Source of the DNA: an uncultured Pseudomonadota bacterium
Lineage (GTDB): Bacteria > Oederibacteriota > Muellerivitia > Muellerivitales > Muellerivitaceae
Length of the DNA: 64,000 nucleotides
Assembly: GCA_963836235.1 (NCBI GenBank)
Contig: CAWIIP010000001.1
Span: 320,001 to 384,000 of the forward strand
Direction of reading: 5' to 3'
Position 1 is the first letter of the stretch, and every line of letters begins with the position of its first letter. Under the pieces are notes generated by a model. The model saw only the letters and a list, made by a program, of their open reading frames with translations. It was not told the origin of the DNA and did not search any database. The translations under genes and the position numbers were made by a program. Positions 61,451 to 64,000 of the stretch are shown piece by piece.

Positions 61451-61482
61451 CTTGTCCACGATGGGTCCCCGTCGTGGACAAC
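61451..61482. repeat. 32-bp palindromic site, copy 9
   Basis: CTTGTCCACGAT-GGGTCCCC-GTCGTGGACAAC. Confidence 0.9.
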
Positions 61483-61490
61483 TTCAAACA

Positions 61491-62771
61491 TCACTTAACA
61501 ACATAAGAAAAACGGCGTTCCGTTTGGAAATGGAACACGACCTTTCCATCGAATTCATCCAAAAGCCGATCGGACTTCTGGCCGGTCGCCGGTTTCTCAA
61601 CCGTCTCCTGGAGTTCCCAAAGTTTCTCGCCTTTCAGGTTCAATAGGACAGCCGATCTCCCCGCGATCGTTTTTTCCTTGTTCGGCGATTTCAGGAAGCT
61701 GCCCAAAGCGATCATGTCGCCATCCTCATAAGCCCGCCCCTCAACGACCCAAAGGGGGTCCATATCTTTTGGAATAGGGACCTCCAAGATCGTCTTTCCA
61801 TCCTCCGCACGTAAATAAACCACCTTCCCTCGAGCCTTGTCGTAAAAAAGGAGGATGGAATCGTTCTTCACGGCACCTATGAAGAAGGGGTTTGTCCCAA
61901 CCCCGGTTGCTTGGCCGGGAGACCCTTCGATACTCAGCCAGCCTTGGTCCGGCACATTGGCGGCTTCATAGGTGAACAGGATCTTGCCTTCATTGCTGAT
62001 ACCCCACCATTGGTCATTTTTAAGCTTGTAATTACTGGAGCCTGTCAAAAGGCGCCTCCCATCCCCGCTGATCCAATCGAACTCCGCGGGCGCCGGGAAA
62101 GTCTTATGGTCCTTCGGATCATCGGTGGAAACCAGATGGATGGTCACGGGGCCGCGCCACTCGGTCATATAAGCCAGGTATTTCCCATTCTCGGAGAGCA
62201 TCTTGTTCATGACGCCGTCCGCCTCAAAATAGGTCTTTCCCGTGGCATCGCGAAGGGCGAGGCTTTGAAGGGTCCCGTTACGGCCGATGCAATAGGCGAT
62301 GGTGCCCGAGGGCTCGATCATTTTCAAAAAAATGATCGGGTCCGGCCCGCCCGATTCGCTCCAAACTTCCTTGTCACCGTCAAAAAAGGACACCGACGAA
62401 CTCCCCGAGGTGAGCCGACAATTGGTCGTGGACTCCATCCAAAAGGCGTAACGTCTGGGCCTTGAGAAATGGACATAGGCCGACTGGTAGCACCAATCGT
62501 TGTCCCCCTCCGGTTTCGGGTTTTCCACGTTTTTGACCAGACAGTCATCCTCAAGAAAGAACGGTTTCGACTGTCGAATAATGTAACTTTCCTTCCCCAC
62601 TCGCACCGTCACCTCCTTGGCATTCGGCAACACTTCGGTCACTTTCAGAGCCGGAATGTAATGGAAACTAAGTTTATCCAAGGTAGGATCAAGGGCCTGG
62701 GCAAAACTTAATGTCGTTAATAAATAGGTCCAACCAAAATAAAGAAATAGCAATCTCAAATGAAAAGTCAT
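61491..62771 (-). CDS. Exported beta-rich (propeller-like) hypothetical protein (cassette)
   Basis: ATG 62771 with a GAGGGGG RBS; signal peptide (SFA); LSENGKYLAY, ISGDGRRL and G..LW repeats. Confidence 0.65.
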   Translation of the reverse strand: MTFHLRLLFLYFGWTYLLTTLSFAQALDPTLDKLSFHYIPALKVTEVLPNAKEVTVRVGKESYIIRQSKPFFLEDDCLVKNVENPKPEGDNDWCYQSAYVHFSRPRRYAFWMESTTNCRLTSGSSSVSFFDGDKEVWSESGGPDPIIFLKMIEPSGTIAYCIGRNGTLQSLALRDATGKTYFEADGVMNKMLSENGKYLAYMTEWRGPVTIHLVSTDDPKDHKTFPAPAEFDWISGDGRRLLTGSSNYKLKNDQWWGISNEGKILFTYEAANVPDQGWLSIEGSPGQATGVGTNPFFIGAVKNDSILLFYDKARGKVVYLRAEDGKTILEVPIPKDMDPLWVVEGRAYEDGDMIALGSFLKSPNKEKTIAGRSAVLLNLKGEKLWELQETVEKPATGQKSDRLLDEFDGKVVFHFQTERRFSYVVK

Positions 62772-62829
62772 CAAAACACCCCCTCGTTCCGCCACGAAAA
62801 AAGATGCCAGACCACCCTGACCCTTTCGT

Positions 62830-62861
62830 CTTGTCTACTACGGGTCCCCAGTGTGGACAAC
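62830..62861. repeat. 32-bp palindromic site, copy 10
   Basis: CTTGTCTACTAC-GGGTCCCC-AGTGTGGACAAC. Confidence 0.85.
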
Positions 62862-62900
62862 TTCCTAAACTTGGCCGGTTATAAGTTTATTCGACAACCA

Positions 62901-63794
62901 TCATTTCCCCTTGCCGTTCAAGGCCTCGAATCCAGAGATGACGTCGAAAAGTTCCTCATCTATTCCGCTTTGGCGCAACCGATGGAAATTAACGTTGAGT
63001 TCCTCCAACAAATCGTCGATGTTTTTATCCGCGCGTTGCATCGCCGCCAGGCGGCTGGCGTTCTCGCTGGCTAGGGATTCGGCGCAGGCCCGAAAGAGGG
63101 AAACGAAAAGGTATCCGTTCAGGAACGCCCGTAAAGTCTCGGCGCCCACGCCCATGACCTCGGGCAGGAATCCCGTCGGCCAGGCGAGGCCGGCAAGCTT
63201 GCGTCTCCAGTTTTCGTCCAGTGGCAGAAGCCGCTGGGTCACGGGCGCGTAAACGGCCCCGGATGTCGGGCGATTGTAGAAAAGGTGGAGTTCGCTGATT
63301 TCACCCTTGTCCCGGCGCGCCTCGCTTTCCATGAGGATCTGCCCGACGAGCGGTGTTATGGCCTTGACGGAATTCGGCACGGTTAATACCCCCATCAACG
63401 GCAGGCCCGCTTCCGTAAGCCGCGCGTAAACACGTTCCCCGACAGCCCAGACCTCGGCTTTGGATGGAAATGCCGAAAGGGTTTTTACGGCGAAATCCGC
63501 AACCACTTCGTTAAATTGACCCACCAGGCCCTGGTCCGAGCCGAAAACGACCGCCCCAATGCCTCCCACTTTTTGTTTCCCGTTCCTTACCTCGACATCG
63601 GAAACCGGCCCGCTTGCCCTGAAGCAAACACCCAAACCCAGTTCAACGGCATGATAGTAGTCGGCCAGGGCTAGAACCGAATTCTCGTATTGCCCGATAC
63701 TGGACGCGGCCACGGCCTTCATTGTTCGGACGACGGATTGAAGATCCCCGGCACCGGCGATCTTTCGACGAAGGCTGGCGGTTGTGTTACTCAC
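62901..63794 (-). CDS. atpG: F0F1 ATP synthase gamma subunit, alternative/N-ATPase type
   Basis: LRRKI..A.DLQSVVRTMKA.AA, GSDQGLVGQFN, SLASENASRLAAMQRA.KNI and RQ..I.EEL.DV.SGFEA motifs. Confidence 0.93.
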   Translation of the reverse strand: MSNTTASLRRKIAGAGDLQSVVRTMKAVAASSIGQYENSVLALADYYHAVELGLGVCFRASGPVSDVEVRNGKQKVGGIGAVVFGSDQGLVGQFNEVVADFAVKTLSAFPSKAEVWAVGERVYARLTEAGLPLMGVLTVPNSVKAITPLVGQILMESEARRDKGEISELHLFYNRPTSGAVYAPVTQRLLPLDENWRRKLAGLAWPTGFLPEVMGVGAETLRAFLNGYLFVSLFRACAESLASENASRLAAMQRADKNIDDLLEELNVNFHRLRQSGIDEELFDVISGFEALNGKGK

Positions 63795-64000
63795 GATTTA
63801 ACCTCGGGTCCGGGCCTTCTTTTGCCTCCGTTTTGTTTTCCGGCTGGATCAAAGGTTCGGGTTTCGGCTTTATCTCCGTCTTGGCTTCCGGCTTGGACCC
63901 CGACCGGGGCTTGACTGGGGTTTCCGTATTGACTGCCGTCTTTGGCTCGGATTTGGCTTGGAAGGGGGCAAGCGAATCGCGGGCGGTTTGGATAATCATT
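63787..64000 (-). CDS. atpA: C-terminus of the probable N-ATPase alpha subunit (partial, Pro/Lys-rich tail)
   Basis: Overlaps the atpG start; IIQTARDSLAPFQ followed by a low-complexity tail; runs off the window. Confidence 0.6.
   Translation of the reverse strand, partial: MIIQTARDSLAPFQAKSEPKTAVNTETPVKPRSGSKPEAKTEIKPKPEPLIQPENKTEAKEGPDPRLNRE

Noticed and set aside
50993-62861. CRISPR array interpretation of the 32-bp palindromic repeats
   Set aside because: Spacing is irregular (36 bp to 4.7 kb) and encloses whole genes; the repeats are degenerate; no cas genes in the window
50993-62861. Classical integron attC sites or intrinsic terminators
   Set aside because: Only 32 bp, with no RYYYAAC...GTTRRRY order or extrahelical-base pattern and no intI seen. 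Most copies lack a U-tract, and the primary sequence, not just pairing, is conserved.

Overview
Bacterial chromosomal window from a diderm organism (lptE, an Omp85 barrel and murJ are present; the lineage cannot be fixed from sequence alone). About 1-43 kb is mostly core genome: der-plsY-gpsA-IHF-MerR, 3 tRNAs, acyP, a sigma70 factor, apt, a Xer-type recombinase, an Omp85/TolB-like/sppA cluster, miaA-mutL, a Ser/Thr kinase plus FHA-GAF adenylate cyclase pair, ogt-murJ, rpsT, holA-lptE-leuS and recN. About 43-64 kb is accessory. The main finding is an array at 50993-62861. It has 8 recognisable and 2 degenerate, directly oriented 32-bp sites (consensus GTTGTCCACGAC-GGGTCCCC-GTCGTGGACAAC: 12-bp inverted arms around an 8-bp asymmetric spacer, a lox-like architecture that is neither attC nor CRISPR). 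The sites separate co-oriented gene cassettes: SUFU, PH-like, small membrane proteins, an IS1380-split NHL/HEAT gene, a mid-gene-cut slice of a polysaccharide operon, and possibly an N-ATPase operon. The array starts 6 bp after an unusual ParB-HTH-TM fusion gene. Separately, a loxP-like palindrome abuts the start codon of the tyrosine recombinase at 9895, close to where gene orientation converges, which suggests a single-recombinase Xer/dif module. All family assignments come from motif recognition, not database searches.
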